Below are positions 42,382 through 51,031 of a stretch of 64,000 bases of DNA, in pieces. The DNA is from Pelagomonas calceolata (taxonomy: Eukaryota), in contig CAKKNE010000005.1 in assembly GCA_918797485.1 (NCBI GenBank), positions 4,960,001 to 5,024,000 of the forward strand, given 5' to 3'. The notes beneath the pieces were generated by a model that was given only the letters and a program-made list of their open reading frames with translations, searched no databases and was not told where the DNA came from. The translations under genes were made by a program, and so were the position numbers. The stretch's first letter is position 1. The number at the start of each line of letters is the position of its first letter.

Positions 42382-43644
42382 TTACCGCCCCACCACGTCG
42401 TCCCCGAACAAACCAGGCACGGACGACTCCTCGGGCGGCCACGCGTCCCGCTTCCGCTCGGAGAAGCGCCGCGGCGGCGCGCGCCGTCTGGGAGATTCTG
42501 GAGAGTGCACACCAGCCGCGGGCGTGACTGACCAATGGGCCCGCGATTTGGAAGACGCGTTCGCCGGCGTCGCCCTCCGGCCGACGTCGGGCCACTGGGG
42601 CCCCGCGAGGGGGTCGTCGCCGAATAATGATGAAGCGTGTTGATTGATAGAGTCGCCGTCGGCTTGAGAACCGGACAGCGCGCGCACCTCGTCCCTCAAC
42701 TCCCTCAATTCATTGCGCAAGTCCGTCCCGTTGGCCTGGGGCGTCTGGCGCAGCCTTCTCACCTCGGCGTGGAGGTCCGCGATCTCTGAGCGCACGTCCG
42801 AGGCCGGCGCCGTTGTACTAGGCAGCCACGAAAACGACGCGTCGATGGCGCTCATGATATCCAAGGCGGCGGGCGTCGTCGCCGTCGTGGGGTTGTAGGC
42901 TATGATAGGTGTCCGCGGCGACGTCGTCCGCGACGCCGTTCCTCGAGGCGACGTCGCTGTCGCCGTGTCCGTCGTACTCCGCCGCTGGTGCGACGCGAGC
43001 TCCTCCTGCAAGTGGGCGATCTGCTCGGCCTCGAAGGCCACCAATTCCTCCGCTTTTTCCCGCTCTTGTGTCCTTTCATCTTCGCAGCGTCGCAAATCCT
43101 CGGACACGGCCCGGAACGCCGCGTCGGCGGCATCGGCCCGCTCGTTCGCGTCTGCAGCGGCTTGGCGCGCCTCGGCCGCCTCCTCCCTGACCCTTTCCAC
43201 CTCGTCCCGGACCGCCCGCGTCTTCTTCTCAAAGTCGACGTCATGTCTTTTCGCGGCGCGCGCCTCGGCGACGCCCCTTTCTGATCGGGCGACCTCCAAC
43301 GCCACTTCAGCCTTCTGCCTTAACCGCTGCTCGCGGTCGAGGGCGTCCTCGGCCGCGCCCAATCGCCTTTCCAAGGCTCTTAATTTGCTCGTCTCGGAAA
43401 CATCAGTGGTCCGCCAGGAGCGCCGCCTCGACGGCTTCTCGTCGTCGTAGTCTCTAGTAGTTCGCCTTCGAGGAGGCGTCTCGGGCGCCGTCGCCAGCAA
43501 TCCTCGAAGTGCCGTTTCTCCGCGGCGCTCGCCTCCGAGTTCCTTCGAGACGCGTCTTTCTAAATAATAGTTCCTCAGCTTGAGCTGGAAGCTGTCCGAT
43601 TCCAGGTCCGCCAAGCGCGCGGTCAGGGCTTCTTCGGCGCTCAT
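42382..43644 (-). CDS. Coiled-coil protein with centrosomin motif 1 (CM1; gamma-TuRC activator-like)
   Basis: LESDSFQLKLRNYYLERRV resembles the CM1 consensus LxKENFxLKLRIYFLEE. ATG at 43644. Confidence 0.72.
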   Translation of the reverse strand: MSAEEALTARLADLESDSFQLKLRNYYLERRVSKELGGERRGETALRGLLATAPETPPRRRTTRDYDDEKPSRRRSWRTTDVSETSKLRALERRLGAAEDALDREQRLRQKAEVALEVARSERGVAEARAAKRHDVDFEKKTRAVRDEVERVREEAAEARQAAADANERADAADAAFRAVSEDLRRCEDERTQEREKAEELVAFEAEQIAHLQEELASHQRRSTTDTATATSPRGTASRTTSPRTPIIAYNPTTATTPAALDIMSAIDASFSWLPSTTAPASDVRSEIADLHAEVRRLRQTPQANGTDLRNELRELRDEVRALSGSQADGDSINQHASSLFGDDPLAGPQWPDVGRRATPANASSKSRAHWSVTPAAGVHSPESPRRRAPPRRFSERKRDAWPPEESSVPGLFGDDVVGR

Positions 43645-44189
43645 CTCTGCTCGCGGCGGCGGCGGCGTGTTGGGCAGGCTTGGAGGAGAGCGCTTCCAAA
43701 TCTGGAGCGGGCGCAGCACAGATCGGCCAGAGCGCGTTAAGGGCTTGTTCTAGCCGTACTGATAATGCAACTACGCGATGTGTGCGGCGTTCGCGCTCGG
43801 ACGCCGCGGCCTTGCCAAAGGCGCAAAATTGCTCGAAATGGAGCAAGCTAGACGCCCTAAAACCGCCTCCAAGGACCATATCGCGCGAGTTGGAGAGCTT
43901 TCTGAACCCTGGGAGGGAGTTTCGCAAAAGTAAAAAAACGGGTTCCGTGAGATTGGCTGGCGTGGTTTTTGAGCCATTTCACAGCCACAGCTGCTGCAAA
44001 ATCGCGTCAGGGGTCACCCACGTATCACAGTAGTACCGCTGCGCCCTATCCTGCAGCCATATCGGCCGACCAGCACTCCAGCTCTCCGGCCTAGCCTGTG
44101 CTCTCCCAATCTCCCAAGGCGAGCAACCGATCTCTAGCATAGCTGGTCATCGATTTTCAGCTCTGCAAAGCGATCAAAATTGTGCAGCC

Positions 44190-44597
44190 ATGATGATGGC
44201 TCTCCGGCTGCTCATGCTCTCCACAATTGTCGCTAGCTTCGCACCGCGCATCACGCCGAGGCCACACACAACGCGATACGCCGTCGAGGAGATGTATCTG
44301 TGTGATGAGAACGTCGAGAAGGTGCTCGAGGGCGCGCGCGAGGACATGGCCGCCGTCTTCGGCTACGCGGCGGACAGCCAAAAGGTCGGGATCACCGGCA
44401 CGGTGGATCTGGTGGAGATCGAGGGCCCCATCGTCATCATCCGGCTGGGCGGCCGCTTCTGGCACAAGCGGAGCGACGTCGTGACGCGCGTCGCGAACTA
44501 CCTCATCGAGCGGATTCCCGAGATTTGTGATGTGGAGGTCGAGGACGCGGCGCAACTGGACGACGCGGACAAGCTCGAGAAGAAGCCCGGTTGGTAA
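44190..44597 (+). CDS. Plastid-targeted NifU C-terminal (NFU)-like protein
   Basis: VAS-FAP presequence; ENVEKVLE..GITGTVDLVEIEGPIVIIRLGGRFWH..YLIERIPEI; lacks CxxC. Confidence 0.8.
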   Translation: MMMALRLLMLSTIVASFAPRITPRPHTTRYAVEEMYLCDENVEKVLEGAREDMAAVFGYAADSQKVGITGTVDLVEIEGPIVIIRLGGRFWHKRSDVVTRVANYLIERIPEICDVEVEDAAQLDDADKLEKKPGW

Positions 44598-44611
44598 CAC
44601 TGTTCACATTA

Positions 44612-45407
44612 CTAGTTCCTAGTTCCTGGCCCGCCCGGGCCGACAATAGCGCGTGCTGCTCTAATGTCGTCGGCCGGCGCGAGCGCGAAGTAGTTGTCGA
44701 AGGCTTTCACGGCCTGGCGCTGCGCCGCGACGACGTCCTCCGATGTTTCCGCCGGGTTCTTCTTGAGGTAGTCGAGTTCGTCCCGCAGTAGCTGGACCTG
44801 GTCCAAGGCGTCGTTCCGATTCCTGTGTGGAAACGGTGGGGCGCCGGAAATCTGATTTTCACACAGAAACAGGCATGTACTGGATCGTCTGCTTCGAGCT
44901 TGGTGGTGTACCGCCGAGGAGGTAGAGGTTCGCGCGGTCGGAGTCGCCCTTCTCATAATAAACATTGTCCGAGTACGCGTTGAACGCCTTCTTGATCGCC
45001 TTCGTCTCGAAGGACGGCGAGGCCAAGGCGGCGGCGGCCAACGATCGGCCGTCGGCCGTCGCGAGCTGCGGGCCCATGGCGCGGATGGCGTCCTCGAGCC
45101 GCAGCACCTTCGACAATCGTTGGCCGGGCGAGTCCCGCAAGTTCGGATCCGCGAGCTCCTGCAACGACTCGTCGGCGTCGAGCTGGCGCTTGATCCGGAT
45201 CCACTCGAGCGGTTTTGCAGTCAAGATCGAGCCCTTGTCGCTGCCCTCGTCGACGCGCGGGAACGCCGGGTCGAGCGCGAGCGCGGGCGCGGTGATGCTC
45301 GTAAACGCTGTGCCGCAGAGCTGACCGAGGCTACGGCGGGTCGTCATACGAAGTGGTGTAGCTTGTCGCAGCGATGCCGCCAGCACAGCCCATGAGAGAT
45401 GCCTCAT
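44612..45407 (-). CDS. Putative thylakoid-lumen protein, 2 exons (45407-44875, 44822-44612; ~247 aa)
   Basis: Signal peptide, then twin-Arg TTRRSL..PALA; exons join across IE8 (..IQYM|NRNDALDQV). Confidence 0.7.
44823..44866 (-). mobile_element. Highly reduced introner element IE8 (44 bp)
   Basis: Ends CTGTGTGGAAA / TTTTCACACAG; no clear TSD; donor GC at 44874 or GT at 44880, both frame-compatible. Confidence 0.7.
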
Positions 45408-45787
45408 TGCTGTGTCAGTGTCCGCACAAATGCGTTTCGCGTGCTCGGGCGATCGCTGCGATCTCGTACGCGATTCCTACGCAACTTTTGCTGCGTCTAG
45501 TCAATCGCTCGCGGCCTTCAATTTTCAGCCAGACCTCTGAGCAAGCTTGCTCTGCGAGGCTGGAGGCGCATTGGTCGCGCGTTGCGACCCCGCAGCCAGC
45601 CAGGGTTTGCATTACTCTAATCACTCCTTATCGTGCCTCTCCAAACGAGCGTGTGCCGCGCGGCGCTCCGACGACGCGCAGAAAAAGCCAGCCACACCTG
45701 GACAGGTCCTAGCTGCTTCCTGCCGCCGTCGCCAGTCGATCTGTGTGTCGTTACGCCATCGAGCAGAACGCAGCCGGACAAACAACC

Positions 45788-46540
45788 ATGCCCGTCCGCG
45801 TCGTCCCCGTCCCAGCCCTCGAGGACAATTATATGTACGTCGTCATCGACGAGGAAACGAAGCAGTGTGGAGTAATTGACCCCGTCGACGCGGCCGCAAT
45901 ACAAACCGCGGCCGAGCGCGAGGGCGCGACGATCACGGCCATCCTCACGACGCACTCGCACTGGGACCACGCCGGCGGCAACGTCGAGCTTAAAAAAAGG
46001 TGCGCGTCGGTCGAGGTCGTGTACGGCGGCGTGGGTGACGGCGTCGCCGGCTGCACGAAGGAACTGGGAGACGGCGACACGTTCGCCCTGGGCAACTCGA
46101 CGGTGCAAGTAATCTCGACGCCATGCCACACGGCGGGCCACATTTGCTACTTGGTCGACGGGAACGTCTTCACCGGCGACACGATGTTCGTCTCAGGCTG
46201 CGGCAACTTCAATAGCGGCACGCCGGCGCAGATGGCTCAGGCTTTTCAGAAGCTCCTGGCCTTACCGGACGAAACGAAGGTCTGGGTCGGCCACGAGTAC
46301 ACCTGCAAGAACTGTAGGTTCGCTTTGTTCGCGGATCCGGATAACGAGGAGATCCAGCGAAGGTTAAAATGGGCCGAGTCGTGCCACTCGTGGACCGTGC
46401 CCTCGACCATTGGGGATGAAAAGCGCTGCAACCCCTTCGCGCGCCTCGGTAGTTTGCCAATGTTCGACAACGAGCCGGGCGGTCCGGCCGAGCGCATGCG
46501 CCTCGTGCGCAAGGCCAAGGACGACTGGGGCCGGCGGTAA
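45788..46540 (+). CDS. HAGH: Hydroxyacylglutathione hydrolase (glyoxalase II)
   Basis: DNYMY, THSHWDHAGGN, TPCHTAGH, FTGDTMFVSGCG, GHEYT, VPSTIGDEK..NPF. Confidence 0.95.
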   Translation: MPVRVVPVPALEDNYMYVVIDEETKQCGVIDPVDAAAIQTAAEREGATITAILTTHSHWDHAGGNVELKKRCASVEVVYGGVGDGVAGCTKELGDGDTFALGNSTVQVISTPCHTAGHICYLVDGNVFTGDTMFVSGCGNFNSGTPAQMAQAFQKLLALPDETKVWVGHEYTCKNCRFALFADPDNEEIQRRLKWAESCHSWTVPSTIGDEKRCNPFARLGSLPMFDNEPGGPAERMRLVRKAKDDWGRR

Positions 46541-46626
46541 TTTACATGTGTACTAACAGTGCCCGGTTAAGCAGGGAGGCGTCGGCTCCGCGGCTAGGCG
46601 GCCTAGCTCTAAGCAAAGCAACAATA

Positions 46627-47448
46627 TTAGGTCCAGCGCGACGCCGTCGACGCGAGCGCCCTATCCATCAAAGGGTTCGGATACAAGCTCGTAGAGCGCG
46701 CTATTGCCAGGTCCTGGGGCCGTCGACAGTCCAGGTCCTGGGAGTGCAGACCGCACTTAGTTTGTATCGACGGCGGCGCGTAGTCCGGCAAACGAGTCGA
46801 GTCCTGGTACGTCGTCCGATCCAGCTCCGTGCCCAGTGAACCACAAACTTCATCAGCGAAGCGCACGCGCCGGCCCGAATTCACCGCTTTTAAGTAAGCC
46901 GGCGTGCGGTTGTGGTCAGTTCCCGTAAAACGTTGAGACTGGTAGTCGACGACGACGGGGCACCCATTTTGATAAGTGATGTGCGGGCCCTTTGGCAGAA
47001 CAACAGGGGGCCTTTTCTTGGGCTTCGGCGTCCAGCACTCCTTGAGTCGACCGCCGCTCCTCCCTCTCTCCCGCATGTACAACCGCTCGGCAGCAAAGGT
47101 CCGCTCCAACATAATGTCCTCGTAGGCGTACGATAATCTAGTGAGCTCCTCGAGGGAGTAGGACCTATTACAAAAGTCTCCTTTCCACGCCGGGTCCTGC
47201 CTTTGGAGGTCGGCGGGGCCGCGGCAGCTACATGGTCTAGGTCCGGAACACTGGCAGCCGGCGCCGTAGTAATTGAGTAAAGGCGCCTTCTCCGCATCCG
47301 CCCTCTTGGGCAGCACGACGTGGACTCTGCCGCCTAAGTTGACGACCTTCGGCGGCTCCGCTCTTGGACGTGGCTTGCGCCGCCGGCGGTTCGCCGTGGG
47401 CGAGCGGGAGCGCCGCCGCGTACCGGTCTTCGGCCGGCGCGGCGGCAT
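46627..47448 (-). CDS. Hypothetical basic protein (273 aa)
   Basis: ATG-initiated ORF divergent from NUF2 across a motif copy; RVRF PP1-docking-like motif. Confidence 0.6.
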   Translation of the reverse strand: MPPRRPKTGTRRRSRSPTANRRRRKPRPRAEPPKVVNLGGRVHVVLPKRADAEKAPLLNYYGAGCQCSGPRPCSCRGPADLQRQDPAWKGDFCNRSYSLEELTRLSYAYEDIMLERTFAAERLYMRERGRSGGRLKECWTPKPKKRPPVVLPKGPHITYQNGCPVVVDYQSQRFTGTDHNRTPAYLKAVNSGRRVRFADEVCGSLGTELDRTTYQDSTRLPDYAPPSIQTKCGLHSQDLDCRRPQDLAIARSTSLYPNPLMDRALASTASRWT

Positions 47449-47701
47449 CGTTCGCTTGCGTCAGCTCTGGTAGTGGTGCCACGCGAGTATACGACTGTGT
47501 ATGAAGTCCGCACGACACGACGACGCCGGGGGCAGCCTCTCAGCCCCTTCTGCGCGCGGCCACGAGCCGGTCGTGGCAGAGCGCGCTGTGCTTGTGCGCT
47601 GTGCGCTCTCGCGCAGCAAAACAGGTTCTAGTAGGAGTGCTCAATCGCGCGGCAGGTATCGCTCACGTCCAGGATTGCGTGGCCATGCGTGAGCACCGCT
47701 T

Positions 47702-47724
47702 GCTAGTGTCTTACAGCACGCTAG
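47702..47724 (+). promoter_or_regulatory. CTAG-TGTCTTAC intergenic motif copy
   Basis: GCTAGTGTCTTACAGCACGCTAG; 254 bp from ATG 47448(-) and 177 bp from ATG 47901(+). Confidence 0.8.
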
Positions 47725-47900
47725 TTTGGCGCGCTTTTGCTTTGACAGAGCCAAAGCACCGGCCACGGCTCAAATTACGAGCCGTGTGGCATCGACAGTA
47801 GCGACACCAGTCGCCTTGCTCCGGGCGCGCGGCGAGGCAAGCGCGTCTCGCGGCTAGCGCACCTCAAAACACGCCAAGAGCGCATCCCGCCGCGCACACC

Positions 47901-49220
47901 ATGTTCTCCTTCCCCTTACTGACGAACGCCGAGATCTTGGCATGCCTCGACGAGTTAGAGTTAGGCTTCACGGAGGCCATGCTCCTAAACCCGGAGAAGC
48001 ACCGCGACGAGGTGCGCAACGTCTTCGAGCAGCTCGCCGAGCTGTGCTGCGGTTTATCCCGAGAAGATGTAGCAAGGCACGCGCGCATCGACGTGGACAG
48101 ATTGCCGTACGCGCAGCTCCACGAGGAGAGCGTCGTGGAATTAGCTGTTTTCCGAGGCGTCGCGGATCTGCTGAGGAGATCCGGCGTGGCCGACTTCGGG
48201 CTGCGGGACTGGCACGCGCCCTCCACCAAACGCCTCAAGAAGCATTTGAGTGGTGTGATCAATTTTGCTAAATTTCGGGAAGACCGATTGGCGGAGTACG
48301 TGCAATTGTGCCAGCAGCGCGACGCGATCATCGAGGACGCTTCAAATGCGCAGCGGGACGCGCTGGAGGCGCAGGACGAGGTTTCCAATGTGGAGCGGGA
48401 GACCTACGACGCTCGTCAAGAGGTCGCGTCCGCAGAAGACGCCACTGCCGTTTTCGAGACCGACGCCGCGGCGTTTGGTCGGATTGTTGCGTCCGCCTCC
48501 GAGAAACGAGACGATTTAGTAGATGCCGCTCGTGTATTGGCGGAGGACATCACAAATTCGTTAGAAGAAGTTAGGTTGCGAGACGAGGAATGCGCGCGGC
48601 TCCGGGACACCGCGCCCGTGCAGACGCCCGAGGAACTCGAAAGTAGGATCGCGGCCATGCACCAGGAGTTGGAGGCCATTGATTCAGCGCATGCCGACCA
48701 CTCTTCCGAATTGGAGCGGGCCATGACTGAAGCGAGGCGCTGCGCCGAGGCCGCGCCATTGATCCAGCGATGCGCTTCTGCCGTCGAAGCTGTGGAAGCG
48801 GACGTCGCGGCGCATCGCGCGCGGTTAGCTGAATTACGGGACGTCGAGAGGCAAGGCGATGGGGCAAGGGCCGAAATCAGGCAGCTCGACGACTGTCTCA
48901 AAGTGGCCGACGGCAACGCGGACTTGGCGCGGAAACGAGTTGATGATTGTGCCGAGCAAGCTAGATTGCGGGCCGACCGGGACGCGCGCGCGTTATCGGT
49001 CTTGCGGGACGAGCTCCAGCGGTTAGAAAGGGAGGCCGCTCCTAGACAAGCGTTGAGGCGCCACCTCGAAGCTCGAGCGGTAGAAGTGAGGAAGAATGTA
49101 CAGGTCGAGGACGTGGCCGAGGACGCGTGGATCGACGCGTGTGCTGCCGATTTGGCGGCGGCGCTGCGGGCGACGCACGCGTGCGCGCGCGAGCTGCCGC
49201 CGCCGCCGGTCCTCGCGTAG
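47901..49220 (+). CDS. NUF2: Kinetochore protein Nuf2
   Basis: FSFPLL..EILACL, DFGLRDW.AP.TKRL..LSGVINFAKFRE, then a long coiled coil. Confidence 0.92.
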   Translation: MFSFPLLTNAEILACLDELELGFTEAMLLNPEKHRDEVRNVFEQLAELCCGLSREDVARHARIDVDRLPYAQLHEESVVELAVFRGVADLLRRSGVADFGLRDWHAPSTKRLKKHLSGVINFAKFREDRLAEYVQLCQQRDAIIEDASNAQRDALEAQDEVSNVERETYDARQEVASAEDATAVFETDAAAFGRIVASASEKRDDLVDAARVLAEDITNSLEEVRLRDEECARLRDTAPVQTPEELESRIAAMHQELEAIDSAHADHSSELERAMTEARRCAEAAPLIQRCASAVEAVEADVAAHRARLAELRDVERQGDGARAEIRQLDDCLKVADGNADLARKRVDDCAEQARLRADRDARALSVLRDELQRLEREAAPRQALRRHLEARAVEVRKNVQVEDVAEDAWIDACAADLAAALRATHACARELPPPPVLA

Positions 49221-49565
49221 GTGGTACTAAGTTCCGGTGGGGGAGCTCGTGCTTACTCGCGGCCCGGGGCGCGCGCCGTCAATGAAAACAGGCCCAAGAA
49301 AGCACCGCCCCGCGGGTACTGCGTCCGAGCTGGCTTTCTATTGCAGTGCTAGGATTCTGGAGCCCTGCGGTCGCCGATTCTGATGCACGATCGTGCGGGG
49401 CCTCCAACCTCGCGGCCGCCGTGAATGCATTTGCTGTTCACTACGTTCCGGCTCACGCACGCAGTGGAATTATGCAAGGATAGCTTGAAACACTCAATCA
49501 CTCCCTACCGCCGTCTCCTATCACCACGCCCCCAGCCAAACTCGCCCCCACGCCTCACTGCAGCC

Positions 49566-50912
49566 ATGGGCAATTGTGGGAGCAAAAAGGGCGTGGAGAC
49601 GCTGCCGACGCCGCCGACGAAAACGAGCACGGGCGGGAGCGACGTTACGAGCAGCACGACCAGCATAAGGGCGGCCGAGACCTCGCCCCAGAAACTGCCG
49701 GCGCCGCCGACGTCGCCGCTCACCCCCCCAAAGCCGCCGGCGAAGACGCGCGCCCTCGTCTTCACGGACGCCGGCGCCGATCTGGACGATGAGATGGCTT
49801 TGCTACTCGCGAAGGCGTTGATTGACGCGGACCAATTATCACTCGAAGCAGTAGTGTGCACGCTACACCCGGCAAAAAGACGCGCGCAACTCGTGCGAGG
49901 CACACTCGACGCCTTAGGGTTGAGCGACGTCCCTGTTATTGTAGGGAGCGACGGCGGCGACGCGCAGAAGCAGCAGACGGCGCCCGCGCCGGAGGACCAC
50001 GACTACATCCCCGGAGACGATGATGAGAGAACTAAATCACTGAAGAGCATGAGCGAGGTGCACGAGCTGCTCGAACGAGTCGCGCCGCATTCCATTTCCA
50101 TCGTTATTTTGGCTTCACTTAAAGATGCTGCTTCTCTGTTAAAACGGAATGAGAGATTGTTCGTCAATAAAGTGCGAGACGTGACGATCATGGGCGGCGT
50201 GCGCTGGCCCGTCTCATCATTCGCAGAGCCGGACTCGGCCCACAACAACTCCTTTGATATGAAAGCTTCGGAGTACTTCTACAGACGGTGCCAAGAGCTC
50301 GGAGTGCCATTGATAGTTGTCGGTAGAGATGCGTGCTACGAGGTCGCCGCGCCGAAGGACATCTATGAAGAGTTGGGAAATACCGAGAGCGAAATAGGTA
50401 AACGACTAAGGGACGCGGCGCATGAAACAATCGACGATTTACGAAGGCGGGCGGCCTCGACCGGTGCCGAGAGGCGAGGCCTACCGAGCAGGTGCGACGC
50501 CCAGTGGTTCGCCGACAACTTTTGCCACGGCAACCCCGAGGTACTCGTAAGGCCCTTACAGGAGTCGGTCTGGGATTTAGTCGTGGCTTTTAACCTGTAT
50601 GACGTCGTCGCGCTGGCTTTGGCCGTACCTTTGTTGCGGGAGGCCTTCGTCTCTCCTCAGTGTGTGGTGGAGGTGAATGGCGTCTCTCATTGCTTCGTGG
50701 GCTGCGCGCCGGGCGCGCCGGCGTTCCGGTCCGCGAAGGCGCGTCGAGCTTGTGCTAAATTGGTCGCGGAGGGGCCGCTGAAGGGCCACGCGACGCGGTG
50801 CGCCGACGGGGACATTCCCGCGATGCGCGACTCGTCTCTAGTTTTTACGGACGGGAAGCTCCAGCTCGCCGGGGCCGCGTTGTTCGGGGACGTTTTGAGG
50901 GAGGCGCGGTGA
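49566..50912 (+). CDS. Inosine/uridine-preferring nucleoside hydrolase-like protein with N-acylation motif
   Basis: VFTDAGADLDDEMAL, VTIMGG, AHNNSFD, YDVVA; N-terminus MGNCGSKK (myristoyl/palmitoyl-like). Confidence 0.78.
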   Translation: MGNCGSKKGVETLPTPPTKTSTGGSDVTSSTTSIRAAETSPQKLPAPPTSPLTPPKPPAKTRALVFTDAGADLDDEMALLLAKALIDADQLSLEAVVCTLHPAKRRAQLVRGTLDALGLSDVPVIVGSDGGDAQKQQTAPAPEDHDYIPGDDDERTKSLKSMSEVHELLERVAPHSISIVILASLKDAASLLKRNERLFVNKVRDVTIMGGVRWPVSSFAEPDSAHNNSFDMKASEYFYRRCQELGVPLIVVGRDACYEVAAPKDIYEELGNTESEIGKRLRDAAHETIDDLRRRAASTGAERRGLPSRCDAQWFADNFCHGNPEVLVRPLQESVWDLVVAFNLYDVVALALAVPLLREAFVSPQCVVEVNGVSHCFVGCAPGAPAFRSAKARRACAKLVAEGPLKGHATRCADGDIPAMRDSSLVFTDGKLQLAGAALFGDVLREAR

Positions 50913-51031
50913 GACGAGGGGGAGGTTTTGTTTTGTGGTGCCCCGCTATTCGGGAGAAGGGGTTGTTCTAATCTATCGAGTAGTCCGGTATTCTTAGCTA
51001 ACTCGCCGGCGGCGAGACCGTGACAACAAAA

